A stretch of 62,320 bases of DNA, counting the filler, from Rhabdomonas costata (taxonomy: Eukaryota), in assembly GCA_019059605.1 (NCBI GenBank). It is 25 parts of 25 records of this genome, joined end to end, with 100 filler letters (N's around TTAATTAATTAA, not from the genome) between each part and the next. Parts side by side here need not be neighbours in the genome. Positions count along the whole stretch, not along the records: positions 12,502 to 14,900 come from JAHMHO010003615.1; positions 15,001 to 17,399 come from JAHMHO010003616.1; positions 17,500 to 19,897 come from JAHMHO010003617.1; positions 19,998 to 22,396 come from JAHMHO010003618.1; positions 22,497 to 24,893 come from JAHMHO010003619.1; 20 more parts are not named here. The stretch is one strand, 5' to 3'. Of this stretch, positions 12,737 through 24,993 are shown piece after piece (the first letter of the stretch is position 1; each line of letters starts with the position of its first letter). The translations under genes were made by a program, and so were the position numbers. Under the pieces are notes generated by a model. The model did not search any database, was not told the origin of the DNA, and saw only the letters and a list, made by a program, of their open reading frames with translations.

Positions 12737-14900
12737 GTTCTCCCTCTGTGGTCGCTGTGGCGCTGGCTGTGGTGACGGTGTTTGTGGTGGTGGTTCACGG
12801 TATGCCGGGCGGCGGCACCAGTCTGCACATTGCCTCGGTCGCTCCTGTGGCTATTCTCTCGGAGTTCACGGGGCTGGCCAACAGCAGCAGCTTCTCGGTG
12901 GAGGTGTGGTACAGCGCTCAACTCTGTGGATGGGTTGGGTATGCCGTGGAGATGGTAACGGAAGACAGCACGGAGCTCTTCAGCATTATGGTCTTCGAAG
13001 GTTTGCCAGTGCGTCCCTTCACCGATGTTTCTGCCCCCCCACACACACGCACACACATACACATACACAAGCTTCTGGCCCTGGGGCGTATCTCACGGAG
13101 ACCAACCACCAACGATCGACGCCTCTGACTGCGCAAATGGCACTAGTCTATGCTTTGTTCCGGATCCAAACCGTCGGATTTCATGGCCAGGATGTGGCTC
13201 TGACATCTATGTCCGTCGGTGGGTGATGTGTACCTTTGGAGTAGCAGGTGCCTCAGAACCATTCAAATTTACCCCCAGTGAGGTTCTCGCCTCTTATATC
13301 GGAGTTGGTGTCTCACCTTTTGCATTTATTCCAGCTGCTGCAGGGGATTTATTCGCTTTTTTGCCAACATGTAGGATGCCATATGGAGGCAGTGGTTTAC
13401 ACATGCAGGACAGGAGTACTGAGCTTACTTCTCACCTACCGCTGCCTGCAAGGTGGTTTTCCGAAAAACAGAATGTGCACTTTTATTCTCCTTGGGACAG
13501 TACGTGGGGAACCTGAGACTCGCGTTTCCTCCAGCGCTTGCCCCAAGTTGCACCACTACTTTGATTCAGCACAGGACAGGATGGCATAGGCTCCTGTCCG
13601 GTTGCGCGTGGTGGCAGATTCTGTGGAGTGGGGCTACGGCAACAACTTCAACTGGAGCTACCTCCCGGTTCTTCCCGAGATCTCTCCCTGGCACTTCGTC
13701 GGGGTGGCCATCTCCCCGCGTGAGGTCCACCTGGTGGTGGATGGCTATGCCTACGTCTTCGCTTCAGAAAACCCCTCGTTGCCCGCCTCTGTGACGCTGC
13801 AGCTGGGCAAGTACTTGCTGGGCTTCGGAGAGAACTCCATCTCAGCGGACGACTCCCTCAGCTTTCGTGGGTCGTCACCCGCTTTTCCCTTCTCTTCCAC
13901 TTATTTTAGTACCTGCTGACGACCTTGGCTGCTCCCAGATCTGTGTCGTAAGGGATGTGCAGGATAAGCAGTGCGGACGGATCCCTTTCCGTTGCTGTGA
14001 AAGTCCCTGCGGCCCTCATGGATACATGGATGTGCTTTTCGTCCTATGGCATGTACTCATTGCCGTTTGTGGTGCTGCAACGCAATATCTCTGTTTACCT
14101 GTTTTATCTCTGTTTTCCTGACGTCAGCAGCCCCTTAGCTCATTCCTCTGAGTGACCGAGTCGTTCCCCGTTCCCCGCCCCTCTTACCTCTGGCACGCTC
14201 CTGGTGACTTAGCAACGCAATAAAGCACCCTGCCCATGTTTCATTCCCCCCAAATCAGAGTTTAGTATGTTCCTCTTTGAATACAGTCGGGGGAAAACAC
14301 TCAGTTTTTGCGGTCTTGAGTCCTGCACCCTGGTAGGGAAGAGTAATGAGCATCAAGCGCTTTAGCTCCAGAATTGGAACCTCGCTGTCAATTTGTTTGC
14401 GGGTACCGCTGGTGGATTTTTTGATCGGCTTTTGGGAACTGCGTGATATTAGGTATCTGGACGAGCTTCGGATCTGGAACTTTTCTGTATCTGACGAGGA
14501 TATGGCTGTGCACATGTACTCCAGGTCAGTCTCTGCATGCTCTTCTCTCCTGTCCCAACTCCGCCCCTACTCTCATTCTTTCCGTCGTGTGAACCGTGGC
14601 ACGCTTTGACTACCTGCGGCTGGAAAATTGGTCTCTTCGATGCTGCTGAGGGGTCAGGGATCGTTATTGCATTTCGTCCGTCCCCAATTTGCAATTTGTA
14701 ATTGGCAATTTGTCACGCCCCGCAAGCACCCTCACACTAACACAAAAACCTCGAGAATATTCCTTCCGTAATTCTTTCCCAGGGTCCCCGAGAATGCCTC
14801 GGGGCTGGTGGCCCAGTGGCACTTCGACGATGAGATCGACCCCGCGAATGGTCTCACCGCGGTCTCTGCCCAGGGCTACACCCTGAATCTCCCCCACCCC
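12737..14900 (+). CDS. Secreted/membrane LamG (ConA-like jelly-roll) domain protein, partial; exons 12737-13000, 13618-13870, 14453-14524, 14783-14900
   Basis: Hydrophobic VVAVALAVVTVFVVVVHG, FSVEVW, WHFVGV...LVVDG, FRGYLDELRIWN, GLVAQWHFDD = LamG_3-type signature. Confidence 0.8.
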
Positions 14901-15645
14901 NNNNNNNNNNNNNNNNNNNNNNNNNNNNNNNNNNNNNNNNNNNNTTAATTAATTAANNNNNNNNNNNNNNNNNNNNNNNNNNNNNNNNNNNNNNNNNNNN
15001 ATAGGAAGCACGACAACACAGCCAAAACCATCAAAACCAAAGTCATATCAGAGCTTTTTGTGGAAAAAGACCGTTATGCGTGCGCAGCAGAATGAGCGAA
15101 TGTTGGGTAATAATGGAAAATGCATGCAACATAATTGCAACAGCTGAAACGCATGTCCAGTGGAGCCAACTTGGCCCACCACTGCTTTTCCTCACGGCAA
15201 ACCAAATCCAACACCGCAGTGCTCCTAGAAATAATGCGGATGCCGCTCTTCGAGCCGTTCGGAAAGGGAACTCTTTCTATCCTCCGCACTCTTGGCGCAT
15301 CGCATCGCATTTCCCTTATCCGAACCCTGCCCTCAACCTCCTAAACTATCTGGAGGCTTTTCCCTGCTGTGTTGATTGTGCCGTGCCTTCCGGTGCCATG
15401 TTTTCCAATATTTTGCTGGGAAGAAGGAGGGTGTCAAGTTAAGCCAGCTTCTTCTTAACAGTCGTTCTGGAGAAGCATGGAGCTCTCTCGACCCACACAC
15501 AGAGTGAAGAGTTTTTCCGACACCTTTCTGGCGAGAAGGATGAGCTAACTTCTTAACCCCACCCCCAAGCTCGTTTGCGCTCTTTCAGGGCAGCAGTCGC
15601 CTGCATACCAGGCTCAAGTTCTTCTTCGGAAAGATCACCACGCAC

Positions 15646-16445
15646 CGGGCCCGGACGTCAACGTCAGACACGCACCCCACCGCCGTGACATGCTCATACC
15701 CGGCCGTGGGCAACGCACCCAGAGTTCTTTTCGGATCAAGTTCGTAGTACTCCACCTCGCTCCCTTCTGGGACCAAATGCTGCCGCAGAACCTCAGCCAG
15801 CCTTTCTTTGGGCACACTTTGGCCATCCACAAACACAAGCCAGGGCCGCACCCCTGCCCCTGTGCCCGAGGTGGGTGGGGCTGCAGGGGAGGGAGGGTCA
15901 GGGCCAGAGCCCTGGACAGGGGAGGAGGAAGGTTTGCTCTGCAGAACCACGGAGCTCTGCTTTTCCAGCGAGGGGCTTCCCGCCGCGACAACGGTAAGTC
16001 CCTTGGCATGAAGGAAGCGCGCCAGCATATTCAGCTGGTCAGTGTTGGAGACCAGCCCGACCGAGGCCGGGGTGTTTGAGGAGCAGACCAAGGCGGTCAC
16101 ATCACAGTACAGCTGCCACACATTTGGCTGCGCCAATCCAGTCCCTTCGGTGGATACAACCCTGACCTCCACAGGGCCCAGAGCAGCGCTCACGGCCGGC
16201 TCCACCCCAAAGCCCGGGGTACTGCTATACAGGAAGTACCGCCCCCCAATTCCCACAGAGCCCCGAATTGCGGAGTCCAGCTGGAGAAGCTGCTCCGGCG
16301 GAAAGCTGTCTGCATCGACGAACGCGGGCAGTATCCTGGGAAGGACTCCGGCAATTGCGGTCGACAAGCCCCGGGAGAAAAGATAGGTTTGTCTGGCTTT
16401 GGTGTAGCGGAACGCGAAAAAGAAACGGAAAGGACTCTGCATCAT
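15646..16445 (-). CDS. Tandem NYN/PIN-like domain protein with predicted mitochondrial presequence (first exon; a further exon probably ~15292-15074)
   Basis: N-terminus MMQSPFRFFFAFRYTKARQTYLFSRGLST (basic, no acidic residues); AFVDADS...VGLVSNTDQLNMLARFLHAKGLTVVAAG resembles a NYN fold; second VFVDGQS after a Pro/Ser linker; GT donor at 15645. Confidence 0.5.
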
Positions 16446-16985
16446 CCAATAAAAAAGGTTGCTTCAGAAGTCGGAAAAACCTGCAAAACAAAATAATTCC
16501 ACCCAAAATACCCCCCCCCGAAAAGAAGACGCGACCGATGATGTATCACCACAGTGAGGACATCACATCAAACTCTGTACGGCTCCATGAGGAAAAGACA
16601 CATTCAGCACCAGAAGGCGACACACGCTTCTGGAATTCACTGATTTATCGCCGGACCGGTTCGGGAGGAGGATTGGAACCCCACCACCACTATCTTGGGA
16701 GCAATCGTCCAGATTCCGTGAGGGCGGGAAATGGCTCTCGGCTTCGAAGTGGACACCAGTACGGCTGCTTTCCCTCCTGCTTACACTGCGTGGATGGATT
16801 GGCACCGTTTCCCTCCTGCACGCACACATACGAACACACATACACACGCACACAGAGACACACTCTCTGTTTCAAGTCCCCCGAGGGAATCACAAGGGTT
16901 GGTGAAATGATACTTGGGTGGGGGGGTGCCCGTATATTTTGTAGCCATTATACTATAATTTCAGTATACTATAATGGTATTATAC

Positions 16986-17389
16986 GGGCCGTATGATGGT
17001 TTTATACGCTATAATATATTATATAGTATATGGGTGATGCCGATTAACTGCTCCCAACGATTAACTGCTCCCCACAGCTCTGTCGCTTTCTTTGTCTCCT
17101 TGTTCTTGGTTATGTATCGTTTTCGTGATCTTACACTGGATGAAATTGGCCGTCGCGACAAGGAGAAGGAGCAAATTCTTGTACATGATCTGGTTGAAGC
17201 TGGTTTACTTCGTCCTGCTCCTACTTGCCATGGAGTTATGTCAACTACAGCATCCCGACCATGGACGTGGCGGTGCGGCGACAGATCGTGCCAGTGACAG
17301 GTACAGGGGCCGTATGATGGTTTTATACGCTATAATATATTATATAGTATATGGGTCATGCCGATTATCTGCTCCCAACGATTAACTGC
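16986..17389 (+). mobile_element. Merlin/IS1595-like transposon fragment: truncated N-terminal Zn-ribbon ORF (17112-17297) between two 83-bp direct repeats (16986-17068, 17307-17389)
   Basis: LVEAGLLRPAPTCHGVM......WTWRCGDRSC matches the GLL....C...M...WRC...C start of ISXO2/Merlin-type transposases; repeat copies differ at 2 positions. Confidence 0.55.
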
Positions 17390-18927
17390 CCCCCACCACN
17401 NNNNNNNNNNNNNNNNNNNNNNNNNNNNNNNNNNNNNNNNNNNTTAATTAATTAANNNNNNNNNNNNNNNNNNNNNNNNNNNNNNNNNNNNNNNNNNNNT
17501 CTTTCTTTTTCTGCCGCAGTGTCGCTTTTGTCCTTTGTGCTGCTTTGGACGCTGGACGATTGTTTCGAAAACCTCGGAAACTTTCGCCGAACCATGGGAC
17601 CAAAATATTGTGCAACCAAAAACGACTCATTCTTTCGTTCTTTCGTTTGCTTATAGTTATCACCCAGAAAGAAAATCGTCTTCCACCGCAACCACAATGC
17701 CTTCCCACACACGCCGTATGACACCTGGGATGAACACATCAAGTAGTCATTACTGATCTGTTCTGTCTACAGCACACGAACCCCCTACCTGTCACCCACA
17801 AACACAGTGCGCAACGTGCACTAATCACATTTGCGAATTGCCTTCGCTGCGCACGCGCCAGTACTTTGCCAGTAATGAAAAGGAAGCCTGACACCCGCAA
17901 CGCTTTGTCTGTTTGGACTTTCACAGCTAATCAAACCTTTGGCCACGCGGCGCACAGCGAGCGGTTCCACCGCCGATGTTGCCCAGAAAAGGAAGCAGCA
18001 CCATGCCACCTGACCTCAACGGGGTTTGGACGGATCAGAACATCTCAACGGCACCACAACGTGGCGGCGGATCCGGAAGATCGATGAGAGATGGGAGATG
18101 ACGGTTGACGAAACAGACTCAAAGGACTCGAAGGATCCAGAAGAAGGCTCCGAGAAGGTTCCGGATAGGTCTTTCTGCGGTACTAATGCTTGATAAAAGT
18201 GGTGACGCCTACCACTCATGTGGTTCCGGCTCCGGCTCCTTCAGCACCCTGCTGCCAAAGCCTCAACCGGGAGGCCACAACCTCGACTAAAAAAAACCCT
18301 TGCACCACGTTGAACACGAGGGTGACAAAGTAGAAGAAGTTGACATTCCCCGTTCCTGTTGGGTGAACAGAGCGCCCATGGCTGCAAGCAAAGGCTCCAC
18401 CTTGAGACAATTGAGAAAGGAGTCCAAAATTGAAAATTGAAAGCTGACCGCCCGAACGAAAAAAACTCAAACAGAGCTTTCACGGGCACGCGCAGCCCAG
18501 TTGATATAGCCGCTTCATCTGTACGAGGTAGGGGAAGAGACACAAACAACAGGCCAAATAAACGGAACTACGCAAAACCAGAGACCGATCCTTTTTAGCT
18601 TTTATGTCCGAAAGTGCCTTAGAGTGCACCTTGTTTCGATTCTTTCAAGTGTCGCTGCTACTGCAGCATGACAGTATGATGGCGAACCGGTCGAGATCAT
18701 CAGACATCCAGGAAGCAGGCTCCAAGCAGCAGCCGCAAAGCTTGTGTATTAACACTTTCCACCATTCCAACGTACCATTAAAGTGAAGGTTACAGCTGAA
18801 GGGCAGCTTCAGAGAGCAAGCTAGAACAGCAAACAGGTGATTTGATGTGACACAAGTGAGGTGTGGTGGACGCGTTGGAGCAGTCGTTGTCTGCTGGCAC
18901 GCTGCCCCCCCCCCCACAGACAGCTCA

Positions 18928-19742
18928 CCCAAAGTTCCAAAGAAGGCAACGATGATAAAAAATGCTGAGCAGATCAGGAAGCAATCGAGCATAAGGAAAA
19001 TGCGTGAAACCATATAGCATCCAGGCGTAGAAGTACACCGGCCCCAAAACCATCGTAAGCCCCGCAGTGAGGAACAAGACCAAGCCTCCGCGAGCGGCTG
19101 ATTGAGCAGGGAAATGCAAACCAGCACCAGTATGGCTGCAGCAGGGTGTGAAAATTTTTGTCACTGTCACAAAAATCACCGAAAAGCCAGCGCCTGTAAC
19201 CAGTGTGACTCTTTGGGTGAGGAATGACGATGGTGAAAGAGTGGTGGTGCAGGATGTCAGATCCTCGGTGATGACACATTATCTCATGAGAGAAGGAGGT
19301 TGTTTGGTGCACAGCACGACGGGGGGTTCCGAATGCACCTTCGCCCTCACTTACCACATAAATGGGAGAGGACCAGTCTGCCTGCGAAAAAATACGGGCT
19401 GGGGATGACTCCCACCGTGTAAAGGTGGGGAACGAGGAGAACCCCTCCTCGACAATCAGACAACCCAAGGACATAAACCCAAGATGCCTCATGAGGTCGA
19501 GAAGGATGACGAGAGCCAAGAGAAAAGGAATTGCTCGAAAGCGCGCGCGTTGCGCTTTGAAGTTTGACACTGAGGAAGACAAAGGAAAATAAAGCAAAGG
19601 AGGGTAAGGAAACCCTGAACGGCCTCGGCATCAGTGACGATCAGCAGCAGCGCACAAAACGCGGCAAAGGGAAGCGTAGGATGGTCTGAGCCCAACTGCC
19701 AGAGGCTCACCACTACGGCCACCATTAAACCGCCCGAGGACC
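18928..19742 (-). CDS. Possible exons of an unknown multi-pass membrane protein
   Basis: Hydrophobic segments (LMVAVVVSLW, FAAFCALLLIV, IPFLLALVILLDL) bounded by plausible AG/GT sites; frames not resolved. Confidence 0.3.
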
Positions 19743-20001
19743 TGCACCAACACCATAGCGTTAATCATGCCTCTGAACCCCAGGTTCTGTCAAACTTCCA
19801 CCGGAATTCAGCAGATTAAGGCTTCAATGAGGCGTCAATGTGTTGCAAAGAGAAAAAGGTCAATGCAATGCCGATGTAATGCGAAAGCCACAAAACANNN
19901 NNNNNNNNNNNNNNNNNNNNNNNNNNNNNNNNNNNNNNNNNTTAATTAATTAANNNNNNNNNNNNNNNNNNNNNNNNNNNNNNNNNNNNNNNNNNNNGGT
20001 T

Positions 20002-20096
20002 TGTTTGCATCCCACTTCAACCTCTCAGACGCCGTGCCTCCACCAAGGAAACCGTACGCTGTGGAAAGGCTGCGAGGTTGAAGTGGGATGCAAACA
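20002..20096. repeat. 23-bp inverted repeat at contig start (20002-20024 / 20074-20096)
   Basis: tgtttgcatcccacttcaacctc ... gaggttgaagtgggatgcaaaca. Confidence 0.85.
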
Positions 20097-20435
20097 GGTT
20101 TTCCGACCTCACACAACAAAGAAAGTAGTGAATCAGATAACTCAACCTCTTCTTTGTGTGGGCCGTCCCCTTAGCTGCATCAACCACTCCTCTCCTTCCT
20201 CCTCCCCGCAGACGTCATGCCCTCCTGCGCGTGGGGGACTGGGGATGGGGGTGGCAAAAATATTGGGTGAGAGATTGATGCAGTGTCCCAGCAATAATTG
20301 ATTGATTGGGCGTCAACAAGCAAGTCTTTTCTTCCGTTTCGTATGATTTGCTTTTCCGAGGAAAAGGAAAAGGACTTTGTTTTCCAGTGGCCTTGGTTTC
20401 TCTGCCATCCTTTCAGGCCGTTGCATGTGTTCAAG

Positions 20436-21016
20436 ACAAGCTGGTGGGGGATATTCTTCGGCTGTACACATTTGAGTGCCGCAAGGTCGACAGGTATTTC
20501 ACTTTTCTTCCATCCTCTGAAGTCGAAGAGTGCCCTGATGATTACTGTGCTATGCCTGTTATCGTGTCTTAGGTTGTTGGGGAACTTCTACGCTGAGCAA
20601 AGCGCGGAGTTGCTGAACGGGAAGGGCTCGGTCTTCCACGTCACTTACGTAAGCTTCGCATGCATTGATAATGCTCGCTGCACAGTTTGGTTTCCAATTG
20701 GCCTTATTTCCACTGTCAAATTTGCCCTTAAAGTAGTAAAGTCTGCTGCAGTCGAGCACTGAGCTGCCTCTGTGAGCAGCGCAGTTCAAGCGCATGTGTC
20801 AAGGAACTGCCGGCACCTCGCCTGTGCGGGCTTGCTTGTTTTGTAAGGTTTTACGTATCAATATTTTTCTTTGTTTTTTCCCATCAGAAAAGACTCCCCG
20901 TGAGGCCAAAGAGGAGCGGGTCTGATGGCCTCATGACTGTGGTTGCCGTGGATGAACTTCGCACAGAGATGCACCCACAACTCTTTGCCCCTGAACCTGC
21001 CCCCTGCTGTGGGGAG
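20436..21016 (+). CDS. Short exons of an unidentified protein
   Basis: AG..GT bounded GC-rich segments DKLVGDILRLYTFECRKVDR / LLGNFYAEQSAELLNGKGS / KRLPVRPKRSG...; no domain recognised. Confidence 0.3.
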
Positions 21017-23409
21017 GTCCCAAAAGGAATTGTGCTGCGACGGTATGGCCATTGCTCTCTGCATAAACACCTTCAATGGGGGGGGGGGGCGAAACGTGGT
21101 TCCTCCGTACTGCACATTTGGGTTTTGATGGTGATTTTAATGGTGTGGTGTCATAAGTGAACATTCAACATTCAGTGCGACCCAACATACGCATTTCAAT
21201 TCGGGATTTTTCTCAGCACAAAGCCCGTGTTGCTTTCTTTTTCCAGGAATCTTAGATGCTTCCTCAAAGCTCACCCTTCTTCTGATGCTGGCCCCAGCTC
21301 GCCTGAGCACTGGCCTCTTCCGGACGTTTTGCTGGGTTCTTCGGTGATCACTCCGGAATGGTACTATCGTGGTGCCCGGGGTGCAGGGCGCCGGGGCAAC
21401 GGCCCCTCCTCAGCCGACTTGCAGGGGTTTCGGAGGCAGAGATATTTGCCCTCAACCTCTGTGCTGATGCGTGTGCCCAGAAAGCCCACCAGAGAATCTC
21501 GCATTTGTTGAAACATTGAACTACCCGTCACTGGTTACAGTCTCACACATTTGATAGAATGGGAATGACATTTTTGCCGTGGTACACACCATTGTGCGAA
21601 AAATGAGTTTGTCTGCAGTGCAGTACACCCTCTGGAAGAGGGCGAATGGAAGGCTGCTCTCGTCTAGTCGTCGCTGTTTTCTTTGGTTTGGGCCCTCTGC
21701 TGGAGGTTGGACGCCAGAGGGAGAGAAGGGCTTTTGAGCATGGCATTCTCATTCTAATAGAGGTTGCAATTGAAACCGCAGAAGTTTGATGTGACATACA
21801 TAGCGCAGTTTGGTTGCCTGTGTCACAACAGGCAGACAACCCCACCAAGGCTAGAAAATGTAAGAGAACACTTTTGTCCAACCTCGAGGAGAATGTCCAT
21901 CATAAAGCAAAACACGAAAATAATGTTGCACAGAAGCATAGCGCGCGAGCAGGAAAGCAGTATACATAATGGGAACAATTAGTACTTAGAACCGAGCAAC
22001 CAAATTACAAAGGCGGGGGGAGGTAGAAATGGTGAAGTCGACCTATGCTCGTTTGTGGGACAGGGCATGGTGGTAAGATGCTAGATGCTGAATGTGAAAA
22101 AAAAGAATATGTAAGCAACCCTCGGGTTGAGGTGCACGAATCGAAATATGCGCTGCAGAAGCCCAGGAGATCTCCTAATAGATCTCCTAATCTGAATGTG
22201 ATGCGCTTGTGGACCTGGAGTATTTTCTTTTTTTTTGCTGTGCATGGAAGATCCATTTCTCGGTGCTCGTGAGTGTTTTAGTCTCAAGCTTACGGCGACT
22301 TTTACTCCTTGACTCTTTGACTCTTCTTTTTACTAGGTTTCTTCAATCGTCTCAGACGGTACCCGGAAGGTTGCTTTCCCCCCACCCCCACCCCCCNNNN
22401 NNNNNNNNNNNNNNNNNNNNNNNNNNNNNNNNNNNNNNNNTTAATTAATTAANNNNNNNNNNNNNNNNNNNNNNNNNNNNNNNNNNNNNNNNNNNNGGGG
22501 GGGTGTGGATACTTTAAGAATATCTGACCCAAACCTGTGGATTGCCTCGCAGTTCGGCACCTGCCAAGATGAATTGCTTGAAGGTGCAAGCCCTTTAGGC
22601 CCCTAATTGCTTTCTGTGATTCCTTCTCAACGCTCTGGCAGTCTTCCCGCTGTAGTGTTAAATCGAAACCAATTAACTTCTCCCTTTCTTCTCATTTTTC
22701 ACTTCCGTCAGCGATACGCTGTGTGCCAAACCTGCACTTTCGTCTTTTGTCTCCTCCCTTCGAAAGTTTTGGATTATTTCAAAGGAGATTTCCCACCAGT
22801 GCACTGCATTAGGAAGATAGTGACTCCAGAAGCGTAATCCCGTGGAGAATTGGTCCCCTTGTATCCCCTTGAATTCCAATAGGAGATTTACAAAGGTGGG
22901 GTGGGGTTGCTCATCTTGGATTTGAACACAAAATTTGCGGTGTGCACAAAAACTCTATGTCAGAATCCCGGGAACAGGTGCACCGCTCCCTGTCTAGTTT
23001 TCACCGAAAGGATTTACCTTTTCTTATATTTTTGTGATCATCACTGAAAAATACAGGCACTTGCTTTATCTTGAGCTGGACGCCTTGTTTGTGAGCTGCC
23101 TTTATTTTTAGTGCACTGGAATGGTACCTATCTTAAGACAACTGACGGTGTTTCACAGGAACACGAGAGCCATCAAGGGGTCCAATGGGAGTGGGGGATA
23201 TTGCAAACAAAATTTCAGGGCGAAATGAAAACACAATGGCAATGCAAAAGCAGGCGCAAAAAAAGGTTGGGTTATCTACTGGTGGAAGAGGGCAAAGCAC
23301 AAGCAGGTCTGAGGGTATTTCTATACACCGCAGGCCTCCCGAAACGCTGTGTGGTGGGTCCCAGGGGGACTCAGTTTTCTCCTTGATACCCAATTTGCGC
23401 CCCTTTCAG

Positions 23410-24135
23410 GTGGGCTGTATGCGGCTCCTGAGGTGTTGTTAGGCACCCTGGACCTTGGCTATGCCCCCGCTGCTGACGTCTTCAGCCTGGGGGTTCTCTT
23501 CTACTATGTTTACACGTTCGGGGACCACCCCTTTGCTCCACCAGAGCTGAATCTTCACCATCATCGCAATGGGGTGACCCAGGTGAAAGAAATCGCTGCC
23601 CCCCCCCCCCCTCTAACGTGCTGGAATTGGAGTTCTTTCTCTTCGGTGGTTTGAAATTTTCGGATTTTTTCACGATCGTTAAAGCGAGCTTTTTGCACCT
23701 CCTTTGCTATGCCCCCCTCCCTTCAGTACAACATTCGCACGAATAACTGCTTTGTCACTGCGAAGCTGCCCATTGCCGTCCACGCGCTGGTGATGGCAAT
23801 GTTGCAGGTGTGTTTCGCGAATTTCAGGCCGTGGTGAGGGGGCCTTCGTTGTTTGGTTTGTTTCTGAGTTCGTTCGTCTGTATGAAACCTTGCACTCCTC
23901 TGCATTTTTACCTTGAACTTCCCATAGGTCATTGGAGGGACAGGGCACATGCGAATGAATCAAATGCAGCTAATGCGTAGCCGTGCTTGGGGGGAGGGGG
24001 GTCCTTCTGCAGCCAGTGCCGGCTCCCCGCCCCTCTGCGGAAGATGTGGTCCAATCTCCGGCGATGTTTTGGGACGACGAGACCGCCACCTTCGATTACC
24101 TGGCGCACATCTCCGGGATGGTGCAGAGCAAGAAG
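23410..24135 (+). CDS. IRE1/RNase L-like protein kinase C-lobe; exons 23410-23582, 23727-23807, 24013-24135 (possible further exon from ~24564)
   Basis: YAAPE...ADVFSLGVLFYYVYTFGDHPF / YNIRTNN...ALVMAMLQ / P.PAPRPSAEDVVQSPAMFWD: subdomains VIII-XI with the FYYV..G.HPF and terminal FW pattern typical of IRE1-like kinases. Confidence 0.7.
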
Positions 24136-24993
24136 GCGCGTTCTTTTTGGATGAATTGGCACAGGGAGATGAAATTCAGAGAAGGAGGGGAAGAACACCG
24201 TCATGTGTGAGGGCAATAATGATCTTATTAAGACCCCTCCCCCTCAGATGCACTATTCAGGACTCTATTCAGTTGAATAGTGAAAAGTGCTCAGCTGAGT
24301 AGTGGTACTACTCAGTCTTTATTCTTGAATAGGGGGAGGGGGAGGGGTGGTGTCACATTTTCACACATCTTAAAGTGGTGTGTGGCGACATACACACATT
24401 CACACGAGACGAAAAGGGAGAGGGAGATGCCCAGTTTGCAGAATCGTGCTGATATTTTGAACGCATAGAGAAAATCAACAAAATCATCAATCGTGCGGCT
24501 GGAAATCCATCCCAAACGTTGCCCTCGAAGAATGCATCTGCAGAGCGATTTGTATTCTGTACAGGTTGAGCTGGTCCTGCACCATTACGTGGGATGGCGA
24601 TTTCCCTTACAGCACTATCCCTTCCTGAACTTGCCTCCGGTCGATGTTCATCTCTTTGTTTTTCCTGTGACGCGTCCATTTGGCTTTTATCACGTCCACC
24701 GTCCTTTTGAGTTGTGAAAGCGGTGGTTGGTTTGCCCCCATGTTATTTCTTTGAGAGTTTTGCTCTCCTCGAGCGAAGAGCGAAGAGCGTGGTTGGGCAG
24801 GTTCATGCATGCTCGCTTACGATGAATTTATTGCATCCAATGTGTCGTGACTGGAGAGGCCTGCAGTATATGTGCAAAATCCCCAACCCCACCNNNNNNN
24901 NNNNNNNNNNNNNNNNNNNNNNNNNNNNNNNNNNNNNTTAATTAATTAANNNNNNNNNNNNNNNNNNNNNNNNNNNNNNNNNNNNNNNNNNNN

